A stretch of 64,000 nucleotides of DNA from Cyanobium sp. NIES-981 (GTDB taxonomy: Bacteria > Cyanobacteriota > Cyanobacteriia > PCC-6307 > Cyanobiaceae), in NCBI GenBank assembly GCA_945901765.1, contig CAMDLO010000001.1, positions 39,740 to 103,739 of the forward strand, read 5' to 3'. Positions 28,224 through 40,874 of this stretch are shown piece by piece. A model generated the notes under the pieces. That model saw nothing but the letters and a program-made list of their open reading frames with translations. It was not told the origin of the DNA and did not search any database. The first letter of the stretch is position 1; each line of letters begins with the position of its first letter. The position numbers were made by a program, and so were the translations under genes.

Positions 28224-28814
28224 ATGCCCTCCGCACCGCCCCGCGAGCTGTCGACCGCCGGCCAACGCGCTGCGGATCTGCGCAGCCTCACCCTGTTCGA
28301 AGGGGTGCTGAGCCTGGTGCTGGGGATCCTGGCCCTGCTGTTCCCGGCCATCGCCTCGACGTGGGTCACAGCGATGGTGGCGGTGGCCTTCCTGGTGGGC
28401 GGGATCGTGGGTTGGGTCAACAACCTGCTGCGCTCAGCCCTGCTCGGCCGCTGGCTGACGTTCTGGCGTCTGGTGGTCTCCAGCCTGTTCCTGGTGGCGG
28501 GCGGCACCATGATCCGCCAGCTCGGTTCCGCCCCCCCGGCCGCCGGCGCCCCTGTGGCGACCCTGGCGCTGGCGATCGGGGTGGTGTTCGTGCTCGAGGG
28601 CCTCGTCTGCCTCGGGGTCTCGCTGAGCCATCGCCGCATCCGAGGCTGGGCCTGGGGTCTGATCAACGGACTGGTGACCCTGGCCCTCGGCCTGCTGATC
28701 CTCAGCATGGGTGCGGCGGCTCTGCTGAATGTGATCGGCCTGCTGGTGGGCGTGAGCTTCCTGTTCAGCGCTGTCGATCTGCTGAGCTTCAGTGCCAGCT
28801 TTCATGACCCCTGA
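28224..28814 (+). CDS. HdeD/DUF308-family membrane protein
   Basis: Repeated GxxxLxLGxLxL-type TM pairs (GVLSLVLGILALLFP, GLVTLALGLLIL). 196 aa. Confidence 0.6.
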   Translation: MPSAPPRELSTAGQRAADLRSLTLFEGVLSLVLGILALLFPAIASTWVTAMVAVAFLVGGIVGWVNNLLRSALLGRWLTFWRLVVSSLFLVAGGTMIRQLGSAPPAAGAPVATLALAIGVVFVLEGLVCLGVSLSHRRIRGWAWGLINGLVTLALGLLILSMGAAALLNVIGLLVGVSFLFSAVDLLSFSASFHDP

Positions 28815-28828
28815 AAGCCGGGCAAAGC

Positions 28829-29248
28829 TCACTCGCACCCGGGCTCGGCATCGCTGCCAGCCTGCCCCGGCTCCAGGGGCAACAACCAGATCGAGCCACT
28901 GTCCGGGTGCAGCTCAATTCTGAACTCCTGCCCCGGCTCCAGCCCCAGGCGTCGGGTGTAGGCGTTGCCGATCAGCAGGTTGCCGTTGCCGTGAACCCGG
29001 GTGCGGAAGTCGGCTTGCCGCCCCTTGCTGGTCGATCCGGCAACGGGCGCACCGGCGGGGGTGGCATACCCCTTGGCTGCCACCAACGCCCGATAGAAGC
29101 TTTTGCGCAGAACCCGCCCACTCGGCCCGACATAACCGCAGGCCCGGGCGATCTGATCTTCCGGCCTGTTGCTCAGGGCGCGAGCTTTATCGAGCAGGGC
29201 CTTGCCCTGAAGCATGTCGCCTGAAGAGGAGCCGACGCCTGCTGCCAT
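28829..29248 (-). CDS. Cyanobacterial AbrB-like (cyAbrB) transcriptional regulator
   Basis: C-terminal SpoVT/AbrB fold signature VHGNGNLLIGNAYTRRLGLEPGQEFRIEL, and an N-terminal KALLDKARALS...IARACGY typical of cyAbrB proteins. Confidence 0.8.
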   Translation of the reverse strand: MAAGVGSSSGDMLQGKALLDKARALSNRPEDQIARACGYVGPSGRVLRKSFYRALVAAKGYATPAGAPVAGSTSKGRQADFRTRVHGNGNLLIGNAYTRRLGLEPGQEFRIELHPDSGSIWLLPLEPGQAGSDAEPGCE

Positions 29249-29373
29249 GGGAGACGATCTCTGGTCGGTTCACGAGTGAAATCATGCCGAATCACCAGGA
29301 TCAACGGCAAGGCACCGATGCAACTCCTGCCCGCCTGGATCCCGGCCGCCAGGCCGGGCGCGAGCGAAGTGTC

Positions 29374-30045
29374 CTACAGCAGATAAAGAATGCCGTAGAG
29401 CACCACCCAGATCCCATCCACAAAGTGCCAGTAAAGCTCAGCCGCCTCCAGGCCGAAGTGGCTGCTGGCGGAGATCGCGCCGCCGGGCCGGGTCTGCAGG
29501 GCGACGATCCCGATGCAGATCGCCCCGAGGGTAACGTGCAGCCCATGGAAGCCGGTGAGGGCGTAGAAGGTGCTGGCGAACAGGTTGTCGGTGAGACCGA
29601 AGGGGAGGGTGAAGTACTCGACCATCTGGCCCGCCAGGAAGGCCAGACCCAGCCCGCCGGTGACCAGCAGCCAGCTGCGGGCCTTGCTGAGCTGATCGGC
29701 CCGGCAGGCCTGACCGGCACGATGAAAGGTGAAGCTGCTCACCAGCAGCAGCACCGTGTTGATGGTGGGGAGCAGCAGTTCAAGCTCGTAGGTGCTTCCC
29801 TCCGGTAGAGGGTTGACGGCTCGGAAGGTGAGATAGGCAGCGAAGAAGCCCGCGAAGGTCATCCCGTCCGCCACCAGGAAGGTGGCCAGGCCGAACAGCC
29901 GGGCATCGTGGTGAGCGTCGGCGGATTCCTGGGAGGCCAGGTGTTCGCTCCCCTCAGGGAGCAAGGAGTCGGTCCTGGTGGTGGACGCTGATGCTGTGGA
30001 TCCGGAAGCCGCTGAGGCGGCGGAGGAAGAGGAGATGGACGTCAT
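29374..30045 (-). CDS. ctaE: Cytochrome c oxidase subunit III
   Basis: FYALTGFHGLHVTLG and ELYWHFVDGIWVVLY. Confidence 0.92.
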   Translation of the reverse strand: MTSISSSSAASAASGSTASASTTRTDSLLPEGSEHLASQESADAHHDARLFGLATFLVADGMTFAGFFAAYLTFRAVNPLPEGSTYELELLLPTINTVLLLVSSFTFHRAGQACRADQLSKARSWLLVTGGLGLAFLAGQMVEYFTLPFGLTDNLFASTFYALTGFHGLHVTLGAICIGIVALQTRPGGAISASSHFGLEAAELYWHFVDGIWVVLYGILYLL

Positions 30046-31706
30046 CAGGCTGCTGGGGTAAGCGGATGGGATGACGGACCAGCCGGCTGATGCTGGCCGT
30101 AGCCGTAGGGCTCGGTGACCAACGGGGCTTCACCACTCCAGTTCTCCACGGGAGGGGGCGAGGTGGTGAGCCATTCGGGGGTGAGCGCATTCCAGGGGTT
30201 GTCGCCGGCAGGGGTTCCGTAGAGCGCTGTAACCACCACGTTGATCAGCAAGGGCAGGGTGCTGATCGCCATGATCAGCGCGCCGACACTGCTCACCTGG
30301 TTAAGCGTGCTGAAGGTGGGATCGTATTCAGCCACGCGACGGGGCATGCCGTTGAGGCCAAGCCAGTGCTGGGGGAGGAAGCAGAGATTGAAGCCGATGA
30401 AAGTGAGCACGAAATGGAGCCGACCCAGATCTTCATTGAGAAGGTGGCCCGTAAACTTCGGGTACCAATGGTAAAGAGAAGCAAATATCACAAAAACAGT
30501 GCCACCGTAGACAATGTAATGAAAGTGACCGACAACATAATAGGTATCATGAACATGAATATCAAACGGAACCTGGGCCAGCGTGATACCAGTGATACCA
30601 CCAAAAACGAAGTTGAGGATAAAGCCGCAAGAAAACAACATTGCCGAATTCAAGGCAATCTTTCCGCCCCACAAAGTAGCCAGCCAATTAAAGAATTTGA
30701 TGCCGGTTGGGACTGCAATGAAAGACGTTGCAATCGTGAAGAACAGGCGCATCCAGGGGGGCGTGCCACTGGTGAACATGTGGTGGGCCCACACGATCAG
30801 ACCAAGGAAAACGATGGCCATGATCGAATACACCATCGTGGTATAGCCAAACAAAGGCTTGCGGGAATGGACTGGCAGAATTTCACTCACCAATCCAAAA
30901 GCAGGCAGAACCATGATATAGACTGCGGGATGGGAATAAAACCAGAACAGATGCTGATACACGACCACATTGCCGCCAAGCGCAGGATTGAAAAAACCCG
31001 TATGAGCGATGATGTCAAAACTGAGCAGGATTAAAACTCCAGCCAGTACCGGAGTGGAAAGAACGACCAGCAGGCTGGTTCCCAGCATGGCCCAGCAGTA
31101 CATGGGCAACTGCATCAATTTCAAGCCGGGGCGGCGCAGCTTCAGAACAGTCGCGATGAAATTCACGGCACCGAAGATCGAACTTCCCCCGAGGAGCAAC
31201 ACACTCAATATCCACACAATCTGACCGGCGGCAGGAGTGGTCAGGCTGAGAGGTGGATAGGCGGTCCAACCGGATTGAGCAGCCGCTCCCGCCAGGAAGT
31301 AGCTGCTGATCAGCAGCAGTCCAGCCGGGGGAATCATCCAGAAAGCAACTGCATTCAATCGGGGAAAAGCCATATCGCGAGCACCCACATAAAAGGGGAT
31401 CAGGTAATTACCAAAAGCCCCATTGACCACCGGCACAATCCACAGAAAGATCATGACGGTACCGTGCAGGGTCAGCACCTCGTTGTAGGTGTCCCGCGGC
31501 ATGAAATCCGACAGAGGTGTCGCCAGCTCAGTGCGGATCGCGCCGGCCAGCAGCCCCCCCACCAGATAGAAGAAAAAACCACAAACGAGGTACTGCAGTC
31601 CGATCACCTTGTGATCAAGGCTGAAGCTGAAATAGCGCAACCAACCTGCAGGCTGCAGCGGTTCCTGCAATTGGGGCTCCAGATCCCGGGGGGTGGCAAC
31701 GGTCAT
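30045..31706 (-). CDS. ctaD: Cytochrome c oxidase subunit I
   Basis: HGTVMIFLWIVP, WAHHMFT and GHFHYIVYGG haem/CuB ligand blocks. 553 aa. The nucleotide composition is strikingly AT-richer than the rest of the window. Confidence 0.95.
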   Translation of the reverse strand: MTVATPRDLEPQLQEPLQPAGWLRYFSFSLDHKVIGLQYLVCGFFFYLVGGLLAGAIRTELATPLSDFMPRDTYNEVLTLHGTVMIFLWIVPVVNGAFGNYLIPFYVGARDMAFPRLNAVAFWMIPPAGLLLISSYFLAGAAAQSGWTAYPPLSLTTPAAGQIVWILSVLLLGGSSIFGAVNFIATVLKLRRPGLKLMQLPMYCWAMLGTSLLVVLSTPVLAGVLILLSFDIIAHTGFFNPALGGNVVVYQHLFWFYSHPAVYIMVLPAFGLVSEILPVHSRKPLFGYTTMVYSIMAIVFLGLIVWAHHMFTSGTPPWMRLFFTIATSFIAVPTGIKFFNWLATLWGGKIALNSAMLFSCGFILNFVFGGITGITLAQVPFDIHVHDTYYVVGHFHYIVYGGTVFVIFASLYHWYPKFTGHLLNEDLGRLHFVLTFIGFNLCFLPQHWLGLNGMPRRVAEYDPTFSTLNQVSSVGALIMAISTLPLLINVVVTALYGTPAGDNPWNALTPEWLTTSPPPVENWSGEAPLVTEPYGYGQHQPAGPSSHPLTPAA

Positions 31707-31711
31707 CGCGA

Positions 31712-32566
31712 TCAGGTGTTAGTAATGGCGGGGCTGTTGGCCTGCACCCAGGCCAGATAGTCATCCGGCTCGTGCACCACGACGGACGTGCGCATGCCGC
31801 CGTGATAAGGACCGCAGAGTTCAGCACAGATCACCGGATAGGTACCTGCCCGGGTCGGCGTGAATGTGAGCACCGTGGGCTGGCCCGGGATCACATCCTG
31901 CTTGAGGCGAAACTGAGGCACCCAGAAGGCATGAATCACGTCTAGCGCCTTCATGCGCAGCTCCACAGGTCGGCCCAGTGGAACATGCAATTCACCACTT
32001 GTGATCTCCCCCTCGGGGTAGTGGAAGATAAAGGCAAACTGCATGGCCGTCACATCCACAGGCAGCACATCGCCATCGATGGGGCGGATCCCACCCCAAA
32101 CGCGCTCGCCACTGGTCTGATCCTCGCCTATGGCTTGGCTGGCGGCGGGTTGCACTGAAGCCTCGATCATCGCGCTGGCCTGATGGTGCATCGCATCGTG
32201 ATCAAGTGGCGCCATTCCGCCCATGCGCTCGTAGATGTCGTAGCTGTAGATGCCAATAAAGAGAACCACCACAGCCGGGATGGCGGTCCAGACGATCTCC
32301 AGCGGCAGATTTCCTTCGGTGGGAGGCCCATCGGCCCCGTCGCCGGCGCGGCGCCGGAAGCGCACAAGGCTGTAGACCAGCACAATCAGAATGCCGGCAA
32401 ACAGCATCGTGCCAATGCTGAACAGCACCTTGAAGAGGCTGTCGTAGGCAGCTGCATTGCTGCTGGCATCAACCGGCAGCAGGTTCACCTGAGTTCCCAC
32501 CAGCATGCCGGTGGCAATCAGGGCGGTTGCCGCCAGAGCGGTGGTGACGGCAGTGCGGATCTGCAC
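31712..32566 (-). CDS. ctaC: Cytochrome c oxidase subunit II
   Basis: CuA site DVIHAFWVP ... CAELCGPYHGGM. GTG start. Confidence 0.92.
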   Translation of the reverse strand: MQIRTAVTTALAATALIATGMLVGTQVNLLPVDASSNAAAYDSLFKVLFSIGTMLFAGILIVLVYSLVRFRRRAGDGADGPPTEGNLPLEIVWTAIPAVVVLFIGIYSYDIYERMGGMAPLDHDAMHHQASAMIEASVQPAASQAIGEDQTSGERVWGGIRPIDGDVLPVDVTAMQFAFIFHYPEGEITSGELHVPLGRPVELRMKALDVIHAFWVPQFRLKQDVIPGQPTVLTFTPTRAGTYPVICAELCGPYHGGMRTSVVVHEPDDYLAWVQANSPAITNT

Positions 32567-32808
32567 GGTTCCGACTTCGTTGCTGATCAGCCTATGGGTG
32601 TTGGCAAGTGAGTGGTGGCGGCTGGGGGCTTGTGTTGTGAAATCCCCGTTGGATCAGCTTCGCCGGGATGAACACCGCGGGGAGAACAGCCGTTGCAAAG
32701 CTGCTGCTGAAACAGACCCTGTCTTGAAATCCTTACTGCAGCTCTGTTGCAATCAGGCCCATCCCAGCCAACGCGGCTAGCGTCCGGACGACCGCATCGG
32801 CAGGGAAC

Positions 32809-33783
32809 GTGGCTCAAGGCTCGGCCTCAAGCGCCTTCCGACTGAGCGCGCTGACGGGGCATCTGGTGGTGGCCCTGATCGCTCTGATCGTGATCGGCGG
32901 AGCCACCCGGGTGATGCAGGCCGGCCTTGCCTGTCCGGACTGGCCGCTCTGCTACGGCCAGTGGCTGCCCGGCGGGCAGCTGAACGCCCAGGTCTTCCTG
33001 GAGTGGTTCCACCGCCTTGATGCCTTCGTGGTGGGCGTAGCCCTGCTGGTGCTCACCACCTCCAGCCTCTGGGCGCGCCGGAGCCTGCCTCGCTGGCTGC
33101 CGTTCACCGCTGGCCTTGCCTTGCTGCTGGTGGCCGTGCAAGGCGGACTTGGTGCCCTCACGGTCACCCGTCTGCTGGCCGCTCCACTCGTTACGGCGCA
33201 CCTGGCCACGGCTTTGCTGCTGGTGGCCCTTCTGAGCGGAATTCACCAGGCCCTCCGCGTGACTGTTGCCGCTCACCCCGGCGAACCTGCCTCCCTGCCT
33301 CGCTGGTGGATCGCCCTGGTGGCCGCGGCCCTGCTGCTGCTGCTTGGCCAGTGCCTGCTCGGCGGCAGCCTGGCCAGCACCTGGGGGGCCGAGCGCTGCC
33401 TCAGCACTGGCGATGGCTGCGACCAGCTGCTGCGCCATCGCCTGGGGGCCCGGGCAGCAGCTCTCCTGCCGCTGCTGCTGTTTCCAGCCAGCCTGGCGGC
33501 CAGCGGCACGCGGGGCTGGCTCCGCCGGGGCGCTCTGGCGGCCGCGCTGCTGGTGATGGTCCAGATCGGTCTCGGCATCGCCACCCTGCGTCTCAGCCTG
33601 GCAGCACCGGCGGTGACCATCGCCCACCAGAGCGGCGCTGCCCTGCTGGTCGCCCTGCTGGCGGGTTGTCTGGGCCGCAGCCTGGCCAGCCACGGCGTCC
33701 CTTCCACCCCCTCTGTTGATTCCGCCCCATCCCTGATGTCCTCCAGATCTGGTCCAGAACCCTTGGAGGTGGCCCATGGTTAG
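32809..33783 (+). CDS. ctaA: Haem A synthase (COX15/CtaA)
   Basis: [21 protein letters not shown] and [11 protein letters not shown] start. Divergent from ctaC. Confidence 0.88.
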   Translation: MAQGSASSAFRLSALTGHLVVALIALIVIGGATRVMQAGLACPDWPLCYGQWLPGGQLNAQVFLEWFHRLDAFVVGVALLVLTTSSLWARRSLPRWLPFTAGLALLLVAVQGGLGALTVTRLLAAPLVTAHLATALLLVALLSGIHQALRVTVAAHPGEPASLPRWWIALVAAALLLLLGQCLLGGSLASTWGAERCLSTGDGCDQLLRHRLGARAAALLPLLLFPASLAASGTRGWLRRGALAAALLVMVQIGLGIATLRLSLAAPAVTIAHQSGAALLVALLAGCLGRSLASHGVPSTPSVDSAPSLMSSRSGPEPLEVAHG

Positions 33784-34792
33784 CGCCGCACCCACGGCCA
33801 GCGGTCACGCTCCGGAGCTGTCCCGCAGCGGCCCGGCTCCAGCGTCGTCCCGCCGCCAGTTGCCGGCCTGGCTTGAGATTGTCAAGCCGCGGCTGATCCC
33901 TCTGCTGCTGGCCACCACCGCCGGCGGCATGGCCCTCACTCCAAGCAGCCTGCAGGGCTGGCCCCTGGCCCTCACCGTGCTCTGCACCCTGCTCGGCGGC
34001 AGCCTGGCAGCTGCCGCGGCCGGCGTTCTGAACTGCATCTGGGAACAGGACCTCGACAGCCGGATGACCCGTACCAGCAGGCGCGCCCTGCCCGCTGGAC
34101 GGCTGGATCAGACCCAGGCGCTCGCCCTGGCTGCCCTGCTCACCAGCGCAGCCGTGCTCGTGCTGCTGGTGGGCGTCAATGCCCTGGCCGCGGCCCTGGC
34201 CCTGCTGGGGCTTTGCAGCTACGTGCTGCTCTACACCGTGCTGCTGAAGCCACGCACCAGCCGCAACATCGTGATCGGCGGAGTCGCCGGCGCGATTCCG
34301 CCACTGGTGGGTGCCGCTGCCCTGGCCGGCAGTCCGGGCTGGGGCAGCTGGTGGCTGTTCTGGCTGGTGATGGTCTGGACGCCAGCGCACTTCTGGGCCC
34401 TTGCCCTGCTGCTGCGGGAGGACTACCGGGAAGTGGGCATTCCGATGCTGCCGGTGGTACGGGGCGTCACGGTGACGGCCCGGGCGATCGTCCGTTATGC
34501 GTGGGCCACCGTGCTGCTCAGTTTGGCCGGTGCCTGGGTTCTGCCCGCAGGAGGGCTGTTCTATGCCCTCCTGGTGCTGCCGTTCAACGGCCGCCTGCTG
34601 CAACTGAGCCAGCGGTTGGGGCGCAATCCGGAGGATCCCCAGCGTGCCCGGGCCCTGTTCCGCTGGTCGATCCTCTATCTGTTCGGCATCTGCCTGCTGC
34701 TGCTGCTGGCCCGGTTGCCGCTGGCCGAAGCGATCGCCCTGCCCCCTCTGGCAACGCCACTGCCGGTGGCGCTGCCTACATTGGCGACCTGA
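33776..34792 (+). CDS. ctaB: Protohaem IX farnesyltransferase (haem O synthase)
   Basis: UbiA-fold motifs [13 protein letters not shown] and [11 protein letters not shown]. Overlaps ctaA by 8 nt. Confidence 0.92.
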   Translation: MVSAAPTASGHAPELSRSGPAPASSRRQLPAWLEIVKPRLIPLLLATTAGGMALTPSSLQGWPLALTVLCTLLGGSLAAAAAGVLNCIWEQDLDSRMTRTSRRALPAGRLDQTQALALAALLTSAAVLVLLVGVNALAAALALLGLCSYVLLYTVLLKPRTSRNIVIGGVAGAIPPLVGAAALAGSPGWGSWWLFWLVMVWTPAHFWALALLLREDYREVGIPMLPVVRGVTVTARAIVRYAWATVLLSLAGAWVLPAGGLFYALLVLPFNGRLLQLSQRLGRNPEDPQRARALFRWSILYLFGICLLLLLARLPLAEAIALPPLATPLPVALPTLAT

Positions 34793-34812
34793 TTCCTGAG
34801 GCGACGGCTCCG

Positions 34813-35883
34813 ATGGTCGAGCAGGCGCACAGCGGCGCATCCCCGCTGCCTGGCAGCGAAGCGCTCATCCAGCTTCGAGATCTGCACCGGAGCTACGGCC
34901 GCGGCGATCGGGCGGTACGCGCCCTTGACGGCCTCGATCTGACCGTGCCGAGCGGTTGCCTGTATGGCCTGCTGGGGCCGAACGGGGCGGGCAAGACCAC
35001 TGCCCTGCGAATCCTCTGCACCCTGCTGGCACCCGATCGCGGCACTGTGCAGGTGGCCGGGATCGACGCCCTGGCCGAGCCCAGAGCGGTTCGGCGGCTG
35101 CTGGGCTACGTGGCCCAGGAGGTGGCGATCGACAAGATCCTCACGGGCCGGGAACTGTTGCAGCTCCAGGGGGACCTCTATCACCTCGATCGGAGCAAGC
35201 GAGAGCGACGGATCGCCGAACTCGAAGAGCTGCTCGGCATGGGGGACTGGATCGACCGCCGCTGCGGCAGCTACTCCGGCGGCATGCGCCGCCGCCTCGA
35301 TCTGGCATCAGGACTGCTGCACAGTCCCAGACTGCTCGTGCTCGACGAGCCCACCGTTGGGCTCGACATCGAAAGCCGTTCGGTGATCTGGCAGGTGCTG
35401 CGCCAGCTCTGCAGCTCCGGCACCACCGTGCTGCTGAGCAGCCACTACCTCGAGGAGGTGGATGCCCTGGCCGACCGCCTGGCGATCATCGATGCGGGCA
35501 AGGTGATCGCCGAAGGTTCGCCGGCGACGCTCAAGCAGGCCCTGGGAGGTGATCGCGTCACCCTGCGGGTGCGCGAATTCAGCGACGCTGCCGAGGCGGC
35601 GCGGGTGCAGACCCTCCTGCAGGCCTGTCAAGGGGTGCGGCAGGTGGTGGTGAACCAGGCCCAGGGGTTCTCCCTCAACCTGGTGGTCGACGATCAGAAC
35701 GTGGTGGAGCGGCTGCGCCGCCAGCTGGCGGAAGCGGAACTGCCCGTCTTCGCACTGGCCCAGAGCCGCCCCAGCCTGGACGACGTCTATCTGCAGGCGA
35801 CCGGCCGCACGCTGATGGATGCGGAGCTGGCGGTGGCCGGCAGTCGTGACCCGAAGGCGGAACGCAAACAGAACATGCGCTGA
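34813..35883 (+). CDS. ABC-2-type transporter ATP-binding protein
   Basis: GPNGAGKTT, YSGGMRRRL and LLVLDEPTVGLD. ATG 34813 (MVEQAHSG..). Confidence 0.9.
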   Translation: MVEQAHSGASPLPGSEALIQLRDLHRSYGRGDRAVRALDGLDLTVPSGCLYGLLGPNGAGKTTALRILCTLLAPDRGTVQVAGIDALAEPRAVRRLLGYVAQEVAIDKILTGRELLQLQGDLYHLDRSKRERRIAELEELLGMGDWIDRRCGSYSGGMRRRLDLASGLLHSPRLLVLDEPTVGLDIESRSVIWQVLRQLCSSGTTVLLSSHYLEEVDALADRLAIIDAGKVIAEGSPATLKQALGGDRVTLRVREFSDAAEAARVQTLLQACQGVRQVVVNQAQGFSLNLVVDDQNVVERLRRQLAEAELPVFALAQSRPSLDDVYLQATGRTLMDAELAVAGSRDPKAERKQNMR

Positions 35884-35936
35884 GCCCAGCGCTCCACCGG
35901 AACAACTGCCGAGCCCTTCAGCCCCGATTCACAACC

Positions 35937-36791
35937 ATGACCACCGCCAGCCCTGTCCTCCCGGTCCGATCAGCTGAACCGTCCGCCCTGGCGGAGATCA
36001 GCCAGGAAACCCTGGCCCTGACCCGGCGCCTGTTCGTGCAGCTGCGGCGTCGCCCCTCCACCCTGATCGCCGGGGTGCTGCAACCGCTGATCTGGCTGGT
36101 GCTGTTCGGAGCCCTGTTCGCCAAAGCCCCCGAGGGCCTGTTGCCTGGAGGTGGCAGCTACGGACGCTTCCTCGGTGCCGGCGTGATCGTGTTCACCGCC
36201 TTCAGCGGCGCCCTCAACGCCGGGTTGCCGGTGATGTTCGACCGCGAATTCGGTTTTCTCAACAGGCTGCTGGTGGCCCCCCTGCGATCGCGCAGTTCGA
36301 TCGTGCTGGCCTCGGTGCTGTATATCACCGTGCTGAGCCTGGTGCAGAGCATCGCGATCATCGGCACGGCAGCCTTGCTCGGCTATGGCTGGCCAGGCCT
36401 GGCTGGCCTCGGCCTTGTGCTGCTGACCCTGCTCCTGCTCGTCTTTGCCGTCACCGCCCTCAGCCTCGGCCTGGCCTTCGCCCTGCCCGGCCACATCGAG
36501 CTGATCGCCGTGATCTTCGTCGCCAACCTGCCCCTGCTGTTCGCCAGCACGGCCCTGGCCCCGCTCTCGTTCATGCCGGCCTGGCTGGGCTGGCTGGCGG
36601 CTCTCAATCCCCTCACCTTTGCGATCGAACCGATCCGCGCCGCCTATGGCGGACAGCTCTCGCTCTCCACCATCGTGCTGGAAGCCCCCTACGGCCAACT
36701 CAGCATCGCCAACTGCCTCACGGTGCTCGTGCTGCTGGCCCTGGGCCTGTTCCTGGTGATCCGGCCCCAACTGGATCGCAAACTCAGCTGA
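35937..36791 (+). CDS. ABC-2-type transporter permease
   Basis: 284 aa with 6 TM segments, immediately after the ABC-2 ATPase. Confidence 0.85.
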   Translation: MTTASPVLPVRSAEPSALAEISQETLALTRRLFVQLRRRPSTLIAGVLQPLIWLVLFGALFAKAPEGLLPGGGSYGRFLGAGVIVFTAFSGALNAGLPVMFDREFGFLNRLLVAPLRSRSSIVLASVLYITVLSLVQSIAIIGTAALLGYGWPGLAGLGLVLLTLLLLVFAVTALSLGLAFALPGHIELIAVIFVANLPLLFASTALAPLSFMPAWLGWLAALNPLTFAIEPIRAAYGGQLSLSTIVLEAPYGQLSIANCLTVLVLLALGLFLVIRPQLDRKLS

Positions 36792-36882
36792 TCGGCGCCC
36801 AGACCCGGGCACCGATCACCAACCCTGTCTGCGCCGCGATCAACAGGCTGACCTCTGCTCTGACCTCCGTCACTCCACCGTC

Positions 36883-37593
36883 ATGACCAGCGCGTCCCCC
36901 CGCGAATCGGCCGTCCGATCCATCACAACAGCCAGCGGCCTGATCGTGTCGGTGCAGGCACCTGAAGGCTCACCGATGCGCCAGCCCGAGGTGATCGCCG
37001 CCATGGCTGAGGCGAGCCTGCGCAATGGCGCCTCGGGGGTGCGCCTGGAGAGCCCGGAGCACATTGGCGCCGTGCGCCGGCGATGCCCCGACGCCCTGAT
37101 CGTTGGTCTGTGGAAACGCAGCACTCCCGGCAGCCAGGTTTACATCACTCCCGGCTGGGAGGAGATCCAGGCTGTCTGGGCTGCCGGCGCCAATGTGGTG
37201 GCCCTTGATGCCACCGACCGGCCCAGACCTGGCGGCCAACAGCTGGCGGAACTGATTCAACGCGCCCGCAGCGAACTGGGTGCCACGCTGATGGCGGACG
37301 TGGATTCCCTCGCCAACGGCCTTCAGGCCGCAGCCCTGGGCTGTGACTGGGTGGGTACAACCCTTTACGGCTACACCGAAGCCACGAGCGGATCTCGGCC
37401 GCCGGCCTGGGATGTGCTGAGCGACCTGCGGGCCCAGCTACCAGCGGGGGTGGCGCTGATCTGTGAAGGCGGGGTGGCCTCTGCCGAGCAGGCTCGACGG
37501 GCCATGGCCCTGGGCGCCGATGCGGTGGTTGTGGGCACTGCGATCACCGGTGTGGATCTGCAGGTGGCTGCCTACTGCCGTGCCCTGATCTGA
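36883..37593 (+). CDS. nanE: Putative N-acetylmannosamine-6-phosphate 2-epimerase
   Basis: GLIVSVQA..GSPM, GASGVR, DAT.R.RP and TTLYGYT blocks typical of NanE. Confidence 0.75.
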   Translation: MTSASPRESAVRSITTASGLIVSVQAPEGSPMRQPEVIAAMAEASLRNGASGVRLESPEHIGAVRRRCPDALIVGLWKRSTPGSQVYITPGWEEIQAVWAAGANVVALDATDRPRPGGQQLAELIQRARSELGATLMADVDSLANGLQAAALGCDWVGTTLYGYTEATSGSRPPAWDVLSDLRAQLPAGVALICEGGVASAEQARRAMALGADAVVVGTAITGVDLQVAAYCRALI

Positions 37594-37744
37594 GCCACGG
37601 CAGCTCCCCCTGCCTCGGGGAATACCTGCGGCGGCGACGGGACTGGTGACGTGACGATGAGCTGAAATTTTTCCTAAGCCCCCCGGAGGGGCGGGCAGCC
37701 GCACTCTCACACTGGAAACAGTGATACGGCTGCAGGGAGAAGCA

Positions 37745-37957
37745 ATGGGCGGCAATCGGGCTGGAAACCGGGCTGGAAACCGGACGCGCACCGGGCTCGT
37801 TCTCATGAGCACGGTGCTGCTTGGCATGCCGTTGTCCAGTTTCCATCTGAATCAGATGCAGGCCCTGAACCGGGAGCTGGGCCGGCTCTGCGCCAGCCCG
37901 CCCCGCGAGGCCCTCAGCGTTTGCCGCATCCACGCCAAGCTCGTCCGTTCGCTTTGA
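37745..37957 (+). CDS. Small hypothetical protein (70 aa) with NRAG tandem repeat and one hydrophobic segment
   Basis: GGGAGA sits 5 nt upstream of ATG 37745. MGGNRAGNRAGNRTRTGLVLMSTVLLGMPL... No recognisable family. Confidence 0.4.
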   Translation: MGGNRAGNRAGNRTRTGLVLMSTVLLGMPLSSFHLNQMQALNRELGRLCASPPREALSVCRIHAKLVRSL

Positions 37958-37993
37958 ACGGGACCGCCCGCCGGGGCGATCCAGGGCGAGGGC

Positions 37994-39769
<1,776 letters not shown>

Positions 39770-39806
39770 TCACCGTGCCGGTTCAACGCCACCTTCTGGC
39801 GGCCCT

Positions 39807-40058
39807 ATGGACGACCTGCTGCAGTCCGCCATGGAATCGGCCCTTGACGGTGCCGTCGCGCCGGTGGTGCTCGACCCCACCACCAGCGCCAACGCGATGA
39901 TCTTCGCCCTGATCACCCTGCTGGGGGTGGGCATGGCCGTGATCTACGTGCCACTGCGGCTCTTCCTGACCCTCACCGCCCGGAGCCGCCGCTTGCGCTT
40001 GCTGCAGCGCATCCGCCAGTTGCGGGAGGAGCTGGGGAAACCGGTGGGCAGCGCCTGA
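39807..40058 (+). CDS. Small single-TM hypothetical protein (83 aa)
   Basis: ATG 39807. TM segment [21 protein letters not shown], followed by a basic helix [18 protein letters not shown]. Confidence 0.45.
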   Translation: MDDLLQSAMESALDGAVAPVVLDPTTSANAMIFALITLLGVGMAVIYVPLRLFLTLTARSRRLRLLQRIRQLREELGKPVGSA

Positions 40059-40070
40059 GCCGCAGCTGGC

Positions 40071-40874
<804 letters not shown>

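Noticed and set aside
37703-37712. ACTCTCACAC, one nucleotide short of the ultraconserved Yfr1 sRNA undecamer ACUCCUCACAC
   Set aside because: The motif is imperfect and lies in the loop of a hairpin rather than between two stem-loops. No terminator hairpin with a U-run follows it. The usual Yfr1 context, next to trxA/guaB as I recall it, is not present here.
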